Assembly: GCA_002708105.2 (NCBI GenBank)
Contig: PAOQ02000007.1
Coordinates: forward strand, 5,426-58,748
Direction: 5' to 3'
DNA length: 53,323 nt
From: a bacterium
GTDB taxonomy: Bacteria > Desulfobacterota_D > UBA1144
The notes below the pieces were generated by a model. It ran no database searches. It saw only the letters and a program-made list of their open reading frames with translations, and was not told where the DNA came from. The position numbers and the translations under genes were made by a program. Below are positions 1-12,415 of this stretch, in pieces (the stretch's first letter is position 1; each line of letters begins with the position of its first letter).

Positions 1-4
1 TCAT

Positions 5-87
5 GGGGATATGGCAGAGTGGACAAATGCATCAGACTGTAAATCTGACCGCGCAAGCGTACGGTGGTTCGAATCCATCTATCCCCA
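5..87 (+). tRNA. tRNA-Tyr (GUA)
   Basis: Acceptor GGGGATA/TATCCCC, anticodon loop CTGTAAA in TCAGA/TCTGA stem, long variable arm, T-loop TTCGAAT; CCA not encoded. Confidence 0.95.
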
Positions 88-95
88 GAAAGCAT

Positions 96-169
96 GCGGG
101 AGTAGCTCAGTTGGCTAGAGCATCTGCCTTCCAAGCAGAGGGTCGCGGGTTCGAGTCCCGTTTCCCGCT
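96..169 (+). tRNA. tRNA-Gly (UCC)
   Basis: Acceptor GCGGGAG/TTCCCGC, anticodon loop CTTCCAA in TCTGC/GCAGA stem, T-loop TTCGAGT. Confidence 0.95.
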
Positions 170-173
170 TTTT

Positions 174-245
<72 letters not shown>

Positions 246-300
246 TTCAATTAGTTTAATTAATAGTATGATTTTATATTGAAACTAGAGGAAGTAAGTT

Positions 301-462
301 ATGGGCGATAACATAGTAGTAGTAGCGCTTGAATGCACAGGATGTAATGGTAAAAATAGGTACCATATTAGAAAAAATAAAAAGGTTCAGCGCGACAAAT
401 TAGAGATTAAAAAATATTGTAAATTATGCAATAAACATTTAATTCATAAAGAGACTAAATAG
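301..462 (+). CDS. rpmG: 50S ribosomal protein L33 (Zn-binding CxxC..CxxC form), 53 aa; not in ORF track
   Basis: Hand translation MGDNIVVVALECTGCNGKNRYHIRKNKKVQRDKLEIKKYCKLCNKHLIHKETK; GAGG SD upstream; usual position before tRNA-Trp. Confidence 0.93.
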   Translation: MGDNIVVVALECTGCNGKNRYHIRKNKKVQRDKLEIKKYCKLCNKHLIHKETK

Positions 463-533
463 GGGTGTAGCTCAGCTGGTAGAGCGACGGTCTCCAAAAC
501 CGTAGGTCGGGAGTTCGAGACTCTCCACCCCTG
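461..533 (+). tRNA. tRNA-Trp (CCA)
   Basis: Acceptor AGGGGTG/CACCCCT, anticodon loop CTCCAAA in ACGGT/ACCGT stem, T-loop TTCGAGA. Confidence 0.95.
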
Positions 534-589
534 TTTTGAAAATGATTTAATGTTTCAGGTAAATTAAGTATTATTAATCGAGAGCAGAG

Positions 590-3253
590 ATGAAAAATAA
601 TATTTTTTTAGAAGAAGTTAAGTTATCAAATAGTGATTTCAAACTATACTCATTACCAAAAGTTGCTGAGGAGTATGGTTTTGAATTAGAAAGAATGCCT
701 TATTCTTTACGTATTTTACTTGAGAATTTGGTCAGAAATTATGATGAAAGAATTGTCGACGAAGAATTAATTAAAAAATTTATTTTTAATAAAGATGAAA
801 AATTTGAAATACCTTTTAGACCAGCAAGAGTAGTTCTTCAGGATTTTACTGGAGTACCATGTGTTGCAGACTTGGCTGCAATGAGAGATATAATAAGCAA
901 ACTAGGCGGTAACACTGATACTATTAATCCTTTAGTGCCCGTTGATTTAGTAATTGACCATTCTGTCCAAGTTGATCATTTTAGAGAGGTAGATGCTCTT
1001 TCTTTGAATACAAAATTAGAGTTTGAAAGAAATCAAGAAAGATATTCTTTTCTAAGATGGGCTCAAACAGCATTTAAAAATTTTAGAGCTGTGCCACCTG
1101 GCAATGGAATAGTTCATCAGGTGAATCTGGAATATTTAGCAAAGCTAGTTCAGAAAGTAGATAGCAATGGTTCAGAGGTAGTCATACCTGATACTTTAGT
1201 TGGAACAGACTCTCATACAACAATGATAAATGGTATTAGTGTTCTTGGATGGGGTGTGGGGGGAATTGAAGCTGAAGCCGCGATGCTTGGTCAACCATTA
1301 TATTTTTTAATTCCAGATGTAGTAGGTTTTAAATTAGAAGGGAATTTATGTGAAGGTGTTACTGCAACAGATTTAGTTTTAAATATTACTGAAATGCTAA
1401 GAGCAGAGGGTGTTGTAGGAAAGTTTGTTGAATTTTATGGTCCAGGACTTGATAATTTACCTCTTCCAGATCGAGCAACTATAGCGAATATGGCACCTGA
1501 ATATGGAGCTACTATGGGATTCTTTCCAGTAGATCAAGAGGCTCTAAATTATTTAAAATTAACTGGTAGAACTGATCATGAAGTTGAGCAGGTTGAAAAA
1601 TATTACAAAAATCAACAAAGTTTTAGAGATTCATCTAGTAAAGATCCTGAATATTATAAATCTTTATATTTAAATCTTGAAACAGTTCAGCCAGCACTAG
1701 CGGGACCAAAAAGACCGCAAGATAGAATTTTGTTATCGGAAATGAAGACCACTTTACATAAAGAACTAGAGTCTCGTGAAATTAATAATTCAGAAGAATA
1801 TAAAATTGTTGGAGAAGAAGAGGAGTCAATAAGAAATGGTTCGGTTGTCCTAGCAGCTATTACTAGTTGCACTAATACTTCTAATCCATATGTGATGATA
1901 ACTGCTGGCTTAGTTGCCAAAAAAGCAAATGATTTAGGCTTAAAAGTACCTAAATATGTCAAAACAAGTTTAGCACCAGGATCCAAAGTTGTTGTTGATT
2001 ACTTATCTAATGCAGGCTTATTAGATAGTTTAGCTGCAATAGGATTTCAAACAGTAGGATTTGGCTGTACAACTTGTATAGGGAATAGCGGTCCATTGCC
2101 TGAAGAAGTTGGGAATGTGATAACATCTAATTCGATGCATGTTGCTGCAGTATCAAGTGGAAATAGAAATTTTGAAGGCAGAGTTCATCCTTTAATAAGA
2201 TTATCATATTTAGGTTCTCCACCACTTGTAGTTGCGTATGCATTAGCTGGAACTGTAGATATTGATTTCTATAAAGAAAAAATAGGTGTATCATCAAACG
2301 GCCAGGATATATATTTAAAAGATATATGGCCAACTAATGAGGAAATAAGGGAAACTGTATATAGCTCTATCCTTCCTGATACTTTTATTAACAGATATAG
2401 CAATATTTTTGTTGGCGACGAAAGATGGGAATCTATATCTATTCCTGATGGATCCATTTATGAATGGACTAAAGAGTCAACCTATATTCAAAAACCAGGT
2501 TTTTTTGATGATTTTAGTATAGATTTGCCTACAATTAATGATATTAAAGATGCTAGGGTCCTTGCATATTTAGGGGATTCTATTACCACTGATCATATTT
2601 CACCAGCTGGCTCTTTTACTGAAGAAACGCCTGCAGGTAAGTATTTAACTGACAGAGGAGTCGATATTAAGGATTTTAATAGTTACGGTTCTCGAAGAGG
2701 GAATCATGAAGTTATGATGAGAGGAACTTTTGCAAATATTAGAATTAAAAATAAACTCCTTGAAGACGTTGAAGGTGGGTTTACAAAATATTTTGATACT
2801 AATGAAACGATGGCTATCTATGATGCTGCAATGAAGTATAAAGAAAAGAATACTGATCTAATAGTTATTGCAGGTAAAGAATATGGAACAGGTAGTTCAA
2901 GAGATTGGGCTGCAAAAGGATCAATGCTTTTGGGAGTCAAGGCTGTTATTGCGGAAAGTTTTGAAAGAATTCATAGAAGTAATTTAGTTGGCATGGGAGT
3001 TTTACCATTGCAATTTAAAGAAAATGAAAATGCAGAGTTTCATGAAATCGTCGGAGATGAGAAATTTTCAGTATCAGGCTTAGTTGACGGATTAAAGCCA
3101 TTGTCAACAATAATGCTTAATATCGTTGATTCAGATGGGAAGAATAGGGAAATAGAGCTTATATGTAGATTAGATTCTATTGTCGAAGTAGATTACTTTT
3201 ATAATGGTGGAATTTTGCAAACAGTATTAAGACAAATGCAGAAAGCAAATTAG
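590..3253 (+). CDS. acnA: Aconitate hydratase A
   Basis: 887 aa; QDFTGVP, DHSVQVD, Fe-S ligands SCTNTSNP and [20 protein letters not shown]. Confidence 0.97.
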   Translation: MKNNIFLEEVKLSNSDFKLYSLPKVAEEYGFELERMPYSLRILLENLVRNYDERIVDEELIKKFIFNKDEKFEIPFRPARVVLQDFTGVPCVADLAAMRDIISKLGGNTDTINPLVPVDLVIDHSVQVDHFREVDALSLNTKLEFERNQERYSFLRWAQTAFKNFRAVPPGNGIVHQVNLEYLAKLVQKVDSNGSEVVIPDTLVGTDSHTTMINGISVLGWGVGGIEAEAAMLGQPLYFLIPDVVGFKLEGNLCEGVTATDLVLNITEMLRAEGVVGKFVEFYGPGLDNLPLPDRATIANMAPEYGATMGFFPVDQEALNYLKLTGRTDHEVEQVEKYYKNQQSFRDSSSKDPEYYKSLYLNLETVQPALAGPKRPQDRILLSEMKTTLHKELESREINNSEEYKIVGEEEESIRNGSVVLAAITSCTNTSNPYVMITAGLVAKKANDLGLKVPKYVKTSLAPGSKVVVDYLSNAGLLDSLAAIGFQTVGFGCTTCIGNSGPLPEEVGNVITSNSMHVAAVSSGNRNFEGRVHPLIRLSYLGSPPLVVAYALAGTVDIDFYKEKIGVSSNGQDIYLKDIWPTNEEIRETVYSSILPDTFINRYSNIFVGDERWESISIPDGSIYEWTKESTYIQKPGFFDDFSIDLPTINDIKDARVLAYLGDSITTDHISPAGSFTEETPAGKYLTDRGVDIKDFNSYGSRRGNHEVMMRGTFANIRIKNKLLEDVEGGFTKYFDTNETMAIYDAAMKYKEKNTDLIVIAGKEYGTGSSRDWAAKGSMLLGVKAVIAESFERIHRSNLVGMGVLPLQFKENENAEFHEIVGDEKFSVSGLVDGLKPLSTIMLNIVDSDGKNREIELICRLDSIVEVDYFYNGGILQTVLRQMQKAN

Positions 3254-3315
3254 TTATTGATTTTTCCTGTTTTTTTATTATATTTTCTAGTGAAACAATT
3301 CAAGGAGAGAAATAC

Positions 3316-4560
3316 ATGTCATATATAAAAATACCTTCAGAAGGAACTAAAATTACTATCAATAAAGATGGAACATATAATATTCCAGATAATCCAATTA
3401 TTACCTTTATAGAAGGTGATGGAATTGGCCCAGATTTATGGAGAGCATCAGTAAGAGTTTTTGACGCTGCTGTAGAAAAAACTTTTGGCGGGAGCAAGAA
3501 GATTGTTTGGGCGGAAGTTTATGCAGGTGAAAAAGCCTTAGAAATTACTAAGGAGTGGTTACCTAAAGAAACAACTGACGTAATCAGCGAATATTTAATT
3601 TCAATCAAAGGTCCTCTAACTACACCTGTAGGTGGTGGAATTAGAAGTTTAAACGTTGCACTAAGACAGATAATGGATTTATATGCTTGTGTAAGACCTG
3701 TTAGATGGATTAATGGTACTCCTTCGCCAGTGAAAAGTCCGGAAAAAATGGATGTTGTATTATTCAGAGAAAATACTGAAGATGTATATTCTGGTGTGGA
3801 ATATGAAAGTGGAACTAAAGAAGCGAATGATTTAATAAAATATTTACAAGATAATGGCGCAAACGTTAGAGACTTGTCAGGTGTTGGAATTAAGCCTATT
3901 AGTGCTTTCGGCACTAAAAGATTAGTCAGAAAAGCTATTCAATATGCTATTGATAATAATCGTAAGAGTGTAACCTTAGTTCATAAAGGAAATATTATGA
4001 AATTTACTGAAGGTGCTTTTAAGGATTGGGGTTATGAGTTAGCCAAAGAAGAATTCCCTGAAGAAACTATATCAGAAGATGAATTATGGGATAAATATAA
4101 TGGAAAAGCTCCAGAAGGTAAGATTGTTATTAATGATAGAATTGCAGACAATATGTTACAACAAATTTTAACTAGAACGGATGAATATGATGTGTTGGCT
4201 TTACCTAACTTAAATGGTGACTACATGTCTGATGCTTGTGCAGCTCAAATTGGCGGACTTGGTCTAGCTCCTGGTGCTAATATTGGCGATGAAATTGCTC
4301 TTTTCGAAGCGACTCATGGTACAGCTCCAAAATATGCAGGACAAGATAAAGTTAATCCAGGCTCTGTAATACTTTCTGGCGTAATGATGTTTGAACACAT
4401 GGGTTGGAGAGAAGTTGGAAACTTAATTGTTAAAGCTATGGAAAAAACAGTTTTAGATAAAGATGTTACTTATGACCTAGAAAGGCAAATCGAAGGAGCA
4501 AACTTGCTTAAATGCTCTGAGTTCGGTGATGCTATAATTAAAAATATGGACAAAGTATAG
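3316..4560 (+). CDS. icd: NADP-dependent isocitrate dehydrogenase (dimeric)
   Basis: [49 protein letters not shown]. Confidence 0.97.
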   Translation: MSYIKIPSEGTKITINKDGTYNIPDNPIITFIEGDGIGPDLWRASVRVFDAAVEKTFGGSKKIVWAEVYAGEKALEITKEWLPKETTDVISEYLISIKGPLTTPVGGGIRSLNVALRQIMDLYACVRPVRWINGTPSPVKSPEKMDVVLFRENTEDVYSGVEYESGTKEANDLIKYLQDNGANVRDLSGVGIKPISAFGTKRLVRKAIQYAIDNNRKSVTLVHKGNIMKFTEGAFKDWGYELAKEEFPEETISEDELWDKYNGKAPEGKIVINDRIADNMLQQILTRTDEYDVLALPNLNGDYMSDACAAQIGGLGLAPGANIGDEIALFEATHGTAPKYAGQDKVNPGSVILSGVMMFEHMGWREVGNLIVKAMEKTVLDKDVTYDLERQIEGANLLKCSEFGDAIIKNMDKV

Positions 4561-4581
4561 TCCTTAGGTGGTTTAAGAAAA

Positions 4582-5526
4582 TTGTCTAGTCTTCCAAAGA
4601 TTTCAGTCATAGGAGCTGGAAATGTAGGTTCCTCTGCAGCATATAGAGCTTTAGAGCTTAATCTTTCTGATGTTGTCTTGCTGGATATAGTAGATGGTTT
4701 ACCTCAAGGTAAAGCTTTAGATATGACTCAAATGTTATCTGTGACTGGATCATCTTCAAGGATCTTTGGAACCACAGATTATTCAGATACAAAAGATTCA
4801 GATATTGTAATAATTACTTCTGGACTTGCAAGAAAGCCTGGGATGAGTCGTGATGATTTAATTAATACTAATACTAAAATTATCAAAGAAGTTACGCAAA
4901 AAGTAGTAGAAAATTCTCCAAATTCAATAATTATAGTTGTTACAAATCCATTAGATGCCATGACCTATGTTTCATACAAAGTTAGTGGGTTTCCGAAAGA
5001 GAGAATAATTGGAATGGCAGGGGTTTTAGATGCTTCAAGATTTAAAGCTTTTTTATCATTAGAACTTAATGTTGCTGTTTCAAAAATTGACACATTAGTT
5101 TTGGGTGGCCACGGAGATGATATGGTACCTCTAAAAAACTATACATCCATTTCGGGGGTTCCAATCAACCAACTAATAGAAGAATCTAAATTAGAAGATA
5201 TTATACAAAGAACCAGAGATGGTGGTGCTGAAATTGTTAAGCTACTTAAAACAGGCAGTGCCTTTTATGCTCCTGGAGTTTCAGCAATTGAAATGGCTGA
5301 ATCAATTTTAAAAAATCAGAATAAGATCCTACCTTGTTGCACTTATGCTCAAGGTGAATATGGAATAGAAGACCAATTTTTAGGACTTCCTGTTATACTA
5401 TCTTCAGGAGGGGTTAAAGAGATTATAGAGATAGATTTAACAACTCAAGAAAAGCAAGAATTAGTAGTTTCTGCTTCTCATGTTAAGGAACTCTGTAACT
5501 TTATTGATGAGTCTGGCCTAATTTAG
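4582..5526 (+). CDS. mdh: Malate dehydrogenase (LDH-like type), TTG start
   Basis: GAGNVG, RKPGMSRDDL, VTNPLD, GGHGD, GSAFYAP. Confidence 0.95.
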   Translation: MSSLPKISVIGAGNVGSSAAYRALELNLSDVVLLDIVDGLPQGKALDMTQMLSVTGSSSRIFGTTDYSDTKDSDIVIITSGLARKPGMSRDDLINTNTKIIKEVTQKVVENSPNSIIIVVTNPLDAMTYVSYKVSGFPKERIIGMAGVLDASRFKAFLSLELNVAVSKIDTLVLGGHGDDMVPLKNYTSISGVPINQLIEESKLEDIIQRTRDGGAEIVKLLKTGSAFYAPGVSAIEMAESILKNQNKILPCCTYAQGEYGIEDQFLGLPVILSSGGVKEIIEIDLTTQEKQELVVSASHVKELCNFIDESGLI

Positions 5527-5536
5527 GTATTACTTT

Positions 5537-6232
5537 ATGAATCAAATCAGTTTTCTAAAAATTTCGTCTGTTTTAAAAAAGATAATTATTGCAGTTACTG
5601 GTTTATCGCTTTTTTTATTTCTTATAATTCATCTTTTAGGAAACATTACCCTCTTTACTGGAAATCCTCCAGGAAAAGACTTTAATCAATATGCACATTT
5701 CTTAGAATCTTTCGGAATCCTTTTCACTATTGCAGAATTAGGACTTCTTGGTTTTTTTCTTTTACATATTTCTACAGCTTTATATTCCAACTTTATAAAT
5801 ACATCTGCTAGGGTAAATAGATATGCTGTTAGCTCTTTCGCTGGAGGAAAAAGTAAGAAAACTTATGCATCCCAGAGTATGGTCATAACTGGAGTTGTTA
5901 TAATGATTTTTTTGATATGGCACGTACTGCAATTCAGGCTTGGTATTTATTATGATACAACTTATTTAGATTTTAATAATGGTCAGCCGATTAGGGATTT
6001 ATATAAGAATGTCACTGAAGAGTTTACAAATTTATGGGTAGTTGCTGGTTACACTGTAGCGATGACCTTGCTTTCACTTCATTTAGGTCACGGATTTTGG
6101 AGTTCTTTTCAATCTCTTGGAATATACGGTAAAAGTTTTACCAGGATTACTTACTCCATAAGTTATTTATTAGGTACAATTATAAGTATAGGGTTTTTGT
6201 TTATCCCTATATATATTTATTCAATAAATTAG
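5537..6232 (+). CDS. sdhC: Succinate dehydrogenase/fumarate reductase cytochrome b subunit (single b558-type anchor)
   Basis: About five TM helices with heme-ligand His (IHLLGN, LHI, WHV, HLGHGFWS); directly before sdhA. Confidence 0.9.
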   Translation: MNQISFLKISSVLKKIIIAVTGLSLFLFLIIHLLGNITLFTGNPPGKDFNQYAHFLESFGILFTIAELGLLGFFLLHISTALYSNFINTSARVNRYAVSSFAGGKSKKTYASQSMVITGVVIMIFLIWHVLQFRLGIYYDTTYLDFNNGQPIRDLYKNVTEEFTNLWVVAGYTVAMTLLSLHLGHGFWSSFQSLGIYGKSFTRITYSISYLLGTIISIGFLFIPIYIYSIN

Positions 6233-6240
6233 GGGGTTAA

Positions 6241-8193
6241 ATGACTGTTACTGCACCTGAGAAAGAGTTTGTTGAAAGCCTTTCAAAGTTAGATGGAAGA
6301 CTACCTTCTGGTGATTTAGAAGATAAATGGGACAAATATAAGTCCAGCATGAAGATTGTAAATCCTGCCAATAAAAGGAAATTTAATATTATTGTTGTTG
6401 GAACAGGTCTTGCTGGTGGTTCTGCAGCAGCGACTCTTGCGGAGCTAGGATATAATGTAAAATCATTTTGTATTCAAGATACGCCTAGAAGAGCGCATAG
6501 TATTGCAGCACAAGGTGGAATAAATGCAGCTAAAAATTATCAAAATGATGGCGACAGCATTCATAGATTATTTATTGATACAATCAAAGGTGGCGACTAT
6601 CGTGCACGTGAGGAAAACGTTCATAGATTAGCCGAAATAAGTACGAATATTATTGATCAATGTGTAGCACAGGGAGTCCCTTTTGCTAGGGACTATGGTG
6701 GCCTTTTAACTAATAGGTCATTTGGAGGCTCTCAAGTTTCTAGAACTTTTTATGCTAGAGGACAGACCGGACAACAACTTTTACTTGGCGCTTACTCAGC
6801 AATGATGAGGCAAGTTGCAAAACAGCAGATTGAATTATTTCCAAATAGAGAAATGTTAGATGTTGTTACAGTTGATGATAGAGCAAGAGGTATAGTTGTT
6901 AGAAATTTAAAGACTGGTGAACTTGAAACCCATTCTGGTGATGCCGTTGTGCTTTGCACGGGAGGCTTTGGAAATGTTTATTTTCTGTCCACTAATGGTA
7001 AAGCCTCAAATGCTACGGCAGCTTGGAGATGTTATAAAAAAGGCGCATTTATGGCTAACCCTTGTTTTGCTCAAATTCATCCTACATGTATTCCTACATC
7101 TGGCGAGTATCAGTCCAAGCTGACATTGATGTCAGAGAGTCTCAGAAATGATGGAAGAGTTTGGGTACCAAAAGATGCAAACGATAAAAGACCTCCGGCT
7201 GAAATCCCAGAGTCTGATAGAGATAATTTTTTAGAAAGAATGTATCCTGCTTATGGAAATCTTGTCCCAAGAGATGTGGGTTCTAGGGCCATAAAAAAGA
7301 TGTGTGATGAGGGAAAAGGTCTAGACCCTTCAGGAAGGGCGGTTTATTTAGATTTCAGTAGTGCGATTGAAAGATTAGGGAAGAAAAATATTTCGGATAA
7401 ATATGGGAACCTCTTCGATATGTATGAGACGATAACTGGAGACAGTCCTTATAAAGAGCCAATGAAAATATACCCTGCTATTCATTATATAATGGGAGGT
7501 TTGTGGGTTGATTATGATTTAATGAGTACAATCCCAGGACTCTTTGTTTTAGGAGAAGCTAATTTTTCTGATCATGGTGCAAATAGGCTAGGTGCTAGTG
7601 CTTTAATGCAAGGTCTTGCTGATGGATATTTCGTAATACCAAATACTCTTGGTAATTACTTGGCGAATACAAAACTAGATAGTGTAAGTATTAGCTCTGA
7701 AGAATTTAAAGAAGCAAGGAACGACTGCAAGGAGAGAACAGAGGATTTTTTAAAAATTAAAGGTTCTTCTACGGTTCTTGAAATTCATAGAGAGCTTGGT
7801 GGAGTTATGTGGGATTTGGTGGGAATGGCTAGAACTAAAGAGTCTCTTGAAGAAGCTTTGGATAAAATTCCTAAGATTAAAGATAAGTTTTGGAATGATC
7901 TATACATTTCTGGTGAATCAGACACCCTGAATAAAAGTTTGGAGCAAGCTGGAAGGTTAGCAGATTTTCTAGAGTTAGGTGAATTAATGGCGATGGATGC
8001 TTTAAATCGAGAAGAGTCATGTGGTGCACATTTTAGAGAAGAGTATCAAACTGAAGAAGGTGAGCCGTTACGAAACGATGATAAGTATGCATATGTGTCA
8101 GCTTGGGAATATAATGAAAACAACATACCAATATTACACAAAGAAGATCTTGATTATAAATTTGTTAAAATGACTCAAAGGAATTATAAATAA
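6241..8193 (+). CDS. sdhA: Succinate dehydrogenase/fumarate reductase flavoprotein
   Basis: GTGLAG FAD motif, [32 protein letters not shown]. Confidence 0.95.
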   Translation: MTVTAPEKEFVESLSKLDGRLPSGDLEDKWDKYKSSMKIVNPANKRKFNIIVVGTGLAGGSAAATLAELGYNVKSFCIQDTPRRAHSIAAQGGINAAKNYQNDGDSIHRLFIDTIKGGDYRAREENVHRLAEISTNIIDQCVAQGVPFARDYGGLLTNRSFGGSQVSRTFYARGQTGQQLLLGAYSAMMRQVAKQQIELFPNREMLDVVTVDDRARGIVVRNLKTGELETHSGDAVVLCTGGFGNVYFLSTNGKASNATAAWRCYKKGAFMANPCFAQIHPTCIPTSGEYQSKLTLMSESLRNDGRVWVPKDANDKRPPAEIPESDRDNFLERMYPAYGNLVPRDVGSRAIKKMCDEGKGLDPSGRAVYLDFSSAIERLGKKNISDKYGNLFDMYETITGDSPYKEPMKIYPAIHYIMGGLWVDYDLMSTIPGLFVLGEANFSDHGANRLGASALMQGLADGYFVIPNTLGNYLANTKLDSVSISSEEFKEARNDCKERTEDFLKIKGSSTVLEIHRELGGVMWDLVGMARTKESLEEALDKIPKIKDKFWNDLYISGESDTLNKSLEQAGRLADFLELGELMAMDALNREESCGAHFREEYQTEEGEPLRNDDKYAYVSAWEYNENNIPILHKEDLDYKFVKMTQRNYK

Positions 8194-8942
8194 TGTCAGA
8201 GGTTATAAGTTTAAATCTTCAGGTTTGGAAGCAACCATCTGCCGATGAGCCAGGTTCTTTTGAATTTTATTCAGTAAAAGATATATCTATACACATTTCT
8301 TTTTTAGAAATGCTTGATGTTGTTAACGAAAATCTTCAAAAGGAAGGCAAAGAACCCATCGCCTTTGACAGTGATTGCAGAGAAGGTATTTGTGGTACAT
8401 GTGGTTTTGTCATAGACGGCGTTGCTCATGGACCTTTGGCTAAAACAACTGTGTGTCAGCTTCATATGAGACATTTTGAAGATGGTCAAACCTTAGTTAT
8501 TGAACCTTTTAGAGCCACCCCTTTTAAAGTAGTTAAAGATTTAGTTGTTGATAGAAGTTCGTTTGACACAATAATACAAGCAGGGGGATATGTAACTGTA
8601 AGTACGGGTAATGCGCCTGATGCAAACAATATACTAATTGCAAAAGATAATGCTGAGGATGCGTTTGATGCTGCGGCCTGTATTGGTTGTGGAGCTTGTG
8701 TTGCATCTTGTCCTAATGCTTCTGCAGCTCTTTTCACTAGTGCCAAAATATCACATCTTTCCCATCTACCACAAGGTAAAATAGAAGATGATGCTAGAGT
8801 GAAAGGGATGGTTGAGGCCATGGATGACGAGGGGTTTGGCGCATGCTCTAACCATGCAGAGTGTGAGGCTGTTTGTCCGAAGGGAATATCGATATCAAAT
8901 ATTGCTTTAATGAGAAGAAATTTAATAAAAACAATTTTATAA
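8193..8942 (+). CDS. sdhB: Succinate dehydrogenase/fumarate reductase Fe-S subunit
   Basis: [21 protein letters not shown] and [12 protein letters not shown] clusters. Confidence 0.95.
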   Translation: MSEVISLNLQVWKQPSADEPGSFEFYSVKDISIHISFLEMLDVVNENLQKEGKEPIAFDSDCREGICGTCGFVIDGVAHGPLAKTTVCQLHMRHFEDGQTLVIEPFRATPFKVVKDLVVDRSSFDTIIQAGGYVTVSTGNAPDANNILIAKDNAEDAFDAAACIGCGACVASCPNASAALFTSAKISHLSHLPQGKIEDDARVKGMVEAMDDEGFGACSNHAECEAVCPKGISISNIALMRRNLIKTIL

Positions 8943-9003
8943 TTCTGAATTTTAATCTATTATTATAATCTATTAATCTATTAACAAATTACAAGGAGAA
9001 GTT

Positions 9004-10161
9004 ATGAATATTCACGAGTATCAAGCTAAGGACTTATTTCGTAAATTTAATGTCGCTACATCTGAAGGTAAAGTTTTTGAGAATGAAACAGAGGCTGAGG
9101 AATATGCAAAATCTCTAAATGTGGACGAGTATGTTGTTAAGGCACAAATTCATGCAGGTGGAAGAGGAAAGGGTGGTGGAGTAAAGCTTGTTAAGACTCC
9201 TGACGAAGTTAGAGAAATGGTAAAGTCTATGTTGGGAATGACTTTAGTTACCCATCAAACAGGTCCTGAAGGAAAATTAGTAAATAAGGTTTATGTTGAA
9301 GCTGCATCAAACATAAAGAAGGAATACTATTTGTCTTTTGTTACAGATAGAGCTACAGAAAAGAATGTTGTGATTGCTAGTCCTGAAGGTGGTGTAGATA
9401 TAGAGAAAGTTGCCGAGGAAACACCAGAAAAACTTTTAACACAACCTATAGATCCGGTAGTTGGAATTCAACCATTTCATATTAGGAAGATAGGATATTT
9501 CTTAGGTTTTGATAAAGGCCAACTTAAGCAACTAGGTCCTATGATACAAGGTATGTATAACTTATTCGTAGACAAAGACTGTAGTTTAGTAGAAGTTAAT
9601 CCGCTGATTGTCACTGACAAAGATGAAGTTAAAGCTTTGGATGCAAAAATTAATTTTGATGATAATGCATCTTTTAGACATAAAGAATATGAAGAGCTTC
9701 ATGATCCAACAGAAGAAGAACCCTCAGAATTAGAAGCAAAAGAATGGGGTTTTAGTTTTGTTAAATTAGATGGAAACATAGGGTGTCTCGTAAATGGTGC
9801 AGGGCTTGCAATGTCGACCATGGATATAATTAAGCATCATGGTGCAGAACCTGCCAATTTTTTAGATGTAGGCGGTGGTGCTTCAGTAGAACAGGTAACT
9901 CAGGCATTTAAAATGATTTTAAGAGATACAAACGTTAAAGCTATTTTAGTTAATATTTTTGGAGGTATCATGAAGTGTGATACCATTGCTGATGGAATTA
10001 TGGTAGCCGCTAAGGAAGTAGGAATTAAAGTACCTCTTGTTGTTAGATTGGAAGGTACTAATGTTGAATTAGGTAAAAAAATGCTTGAAGAGTCTGGTCT
10101 AAATATAGCTACTGCCTCTACTATGAAAGAGGCTGCAGTTAAGGTTGTGGACTTAATTTAA
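9004..10161 (+). CDS. sucC: Succinyl-CoA synthetase beta subunit
   Basis: MNIHEYQAK, KAQIHAGGRGKGGGV, NGAGLAM, NFLDVGGGA, NIFGGI. Confidence 0.97.
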   Translation: MNIHEYQAKDLFRKFNVATSEGKVFENETEAEEYAKSLNVDEYVVKAQIHAGGRGKGGGVKLVKTPDEVREMVKSMLGMTLVTHQTGPEGKLVNKVYVEAASNIKKEYYLSFVTDRATEKNVVIASPEGGVDIEKVAEETPEKLLTQPIDPVVGIQPFHIRKIGYFLGFDKGQLKQLGPMIQGMYNLFVDKDCSLVEVNPLIVTDKDEVKALDAKINFDDNASFRHKEYEELHDPTEEEPSELEAKEWGFSFVKLDGNIGCLVNGAGLAMSTMDIIKHHGAEPANFLDVGGGASVEQVTQAFKMILRDTNVKAILVNIFGGIMKCDTIADGIMVAAKEVGIKVPLVVRLEGTNVELGKKMLEESGLNIATASTMKEAAVKVVDLI

Positions 10162-10166
10162 ACCTA

Positions 10167-10194
10167 TTGACAATTATACTTTAATGATTACCTT
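10167..10194 (+). promoter_or_regulatory. Putative sigma70 promoter of dnaK
   Basis: TTGACA (10167-10172), 16 nt spacer, TACCTT; no CIRCE element seen. Confidence 0.45.
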
Positions 10195-10228
10195 CTAGGA
10201 AAGTTGACTTTATAGGAGATAATTTTTT

Positions 10229-12136
10229 ATGGGTAAAGTAATTGGAATTGACTTAGGAACAACTAATTCATGTGTGGCGTTTGTAGAATCAAATGAGCCT
10301 AAGGTTATTATAAATGAGGAAGGTAATAGGACTACCCCTTCGATAGTAGGCTTTGGTAATAAAGAAAATGAAGTTTTAGTTGGTGAGCCTGCTAAACGAC
10401 AAGCTGTAGTTAATCCTGAGCGAACAGTCTATTCATCTAAAAGATTAATTGGTAGAAGATTCGAGGAAACAGGAGAGGACAGAAAAGTTCTTCCATATGA
10501 AGTTGTAAAAAATAAAAATGGTGATGCTTGGATAAAAGTTGACAATAAAGAGTATTCTCCTCCAGAAATTGCTGCAAATATTCTTACAAAACTAAAGAAT
10601 GCTGCTGAAGCTCATTTGGGAACCAAAGTTACTGATGCAGTTATAACTGTTCCTGCTTATTTCAATGATAGTCAAAGACAGGCTACTAAAGATGCTGGTA
10701 AAATTGCTGGTTTAAATGTAGAAAGAATTATAAATGAACCTACTGCTGCAGCTCTGGCTTATGGATTCGATAAGAAAAAAGATGGATTAATTGCTGTATA
10801 CGATTTAGGTGGCGGAACCTTTGATATATCTATATTAGAGGTTGGTGAAAATGTTATTGAAGTTAAATCAACAAACGGTGATACAACCTTGGGTGGAGAT
10901 GATTTTGATAGGCTTATTATTCAATACCTAATTGAGGAATTTAAAAAAGAAAATGGCGTTGATTTGTCCTCTGATAAAATGGCTTTACAAAGATTAAGAG
11001 AAGGTGCAGAAAAAGCTAAAATTGAACTCTCTGCAGCTTTGGAAACAGAAATCAATCTTCCATTTATAACTGCAGATCAAAACGGACCAAAGCATTTACT
11101 AATAAAGCTTTCTAGGTCAAAATTTGAACAAATTATAGATGATAAGGTTAAATCATCCTTGAACCCATGTAAGAATGCCCTTTCTGACGCTGGAGTTAAA
11201 CCTTCTGATATAACTGAGGTTATTTTAGTAGGTGGTTCCACAAGAATGCCAATAGTACAAAAGATAGTCAGTGATTTTTTTGGAAAAGAACCGCACAAGG
11301 GAATTAATCCAGATGAAGTTGTTGCTTTAGGAGCATCTATACAGGGAGCCGTATTAAGTGGTGACGTTAAAGATGTTTTATTATTAGATGTTGCACCATT
11401 ATCACTAGGTATTGAAACTTTAGGTGGTGTTAATACTGTAATTATTGGAAGAAATACAACTATTCCGACTAAGCAAAGTCAAATCTTTAGTACAGCTCAA
11501 GATAATCAACCAAGTGTTGAGATTCATGTTACTCAGGGTGAAAGATCTATGGCTAGTGACAACAGAACTTTGGCTAAATTTATACTTGATGGTATATCTC
11601 CAGCACCTAGAGGACTCCCACAAATTGAAGTTACTTTTGATATTGATTCTGATGGAATATTAAACGTATCGGCTTTAGATAAAGCAACAAATAAAGAGCA
11701 AAAAATAAAGGTTGAAGCATCATCAGGTTTGTCAGATAAAGAGATAGAAGATATGGTCCAAGATGCAGAGTCAAAATCCGAAGAGGACGAGAAAAAGAAA
11801 GAAATAATAAATCAAAGAAATAATTTAGATCAGCTTATTTATTCAACAGAAAAAACATTAAAGGATAATGCTGATAAGGTTTCGGATGATGAGAAAAAAG
11901 AAATTGAAGAATCTGTGATAAAAGCAAAAGAGGCTTTAAAATTAGAAGATTTAGATGCTTTAAAAACAGCATATGATGATCTAACTAAAGCATCTCATAG
12001 TTTGGCTGATAAAATGTATAAAGAAGCTTCTGAGGCTGCTAATAATGCCCCTGAAGGTGAAGATACGAATGATGATAACAATGATAAGAAGAAAGATGAA
12101 AAAGATGTCATAGATGCTGAGTTTACTGATAAATAG
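10229..12136 (+). CDS. dnaK: Chaperone DnaK (Hsp70)
   Basis: [33 protein letters not shown]-terminal VIDAEF. Confidence 0.98.
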   Translation: MGKVIGIDLGTTNSCVAFVESNEPKVIINEEGNRTTPSIVGFGNKENEVLVGEPAKRQAVVNPERTVYSSKRLIGRRFEETGEDRKVLPYEVVKNKNGDAWIKVDNKEYSPPEIAANILTKLKNAAEAHLGTKVTDAVITVPAYFNDSQRQATKDAGKIAGLNVERIINEPTAAALAYGFDKKKDGLIAVYDLGGGTFDISILEVGENVIEVKSTNGDTTLGGDDFDRLIIQYLIEEFKKENGVDLSSDKMALQRLREGAEKAKIELSAALETEINLPFITADQNGPKHLLIKLSRSKFEQIIDDKVKSSLNPCKNALSDAGVKPSDITEVILVGGSTRMPIVQKIVSDFFGKEPHKGINPDEVVALGASIQGAVLSGDVKDVLLLDVAPLSLGIETLGGVNTVIIGRNTTIPTKQSQIFSTAQDNQPSVEIHVTQGERSMASDNRTLAKFILDGISPAPRGLPQIEVTFDIDSDGILNVSALDKATNKEQKIKVEASSGLSDKEIEDMVQDAESKSEEDEKKKEIINQRNNLDQLIYSTEKTLKDNADKVSDDEKKEIEESVIKAKEALKLEDLDALKTAYDDLTKASHSLADKMYKEASEAANNAPEGEDTNDDNNDKKKDEKDVIDAEFTDK

Positions 12137-12172
12137 TTGAAAATATATTTTAACTGTTTATAATTCATCCCT

Positions 12173-12415
12173 ATGAAAAAAGATATTCATCCAAATTATA
12201 GAAAAGTTTTATTTAAAGATATTACTACAGATGAAAATTTTATAGTTGCTTCATCTGTTGAAACATCAGAAAGTATTACTGAAAATGGAGTCGAGTATCC
12301 ATTGGTTAAAGTTGAGATTTCAAGCTCTTCTCATCCTTTCTACTCAGGTAAGGAAAGAGCGGGTGGAACAACCGGTAGAATCGAAAAATTTAACCAAAAA
12401 TATAAAAAGAAATAA
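12173..12415 (+). CDS. rpmE2: 50S ribosomal protein L31 type B (Zn-free)
   Basis: MKKDIHPNY..VEISSSSHPFYSG..GRIEKFNQKY; 80 aa, no Cys. Confidence 0.92.
   Translation: MKKDIHPNYRKVLFKDITTDENFIVASSVETSESITENGVEYPLVKVEISSSSHPFYSGKERAGGTTGRIEKFNQKYKKK

Noticed and set aside
10162-10228. CIRCE/HrcA operator upstream of dnaK (also checked before grpE)
   Set aside because: No TTAGCACTC-N9-GAGTGCTAA-like sequence found.
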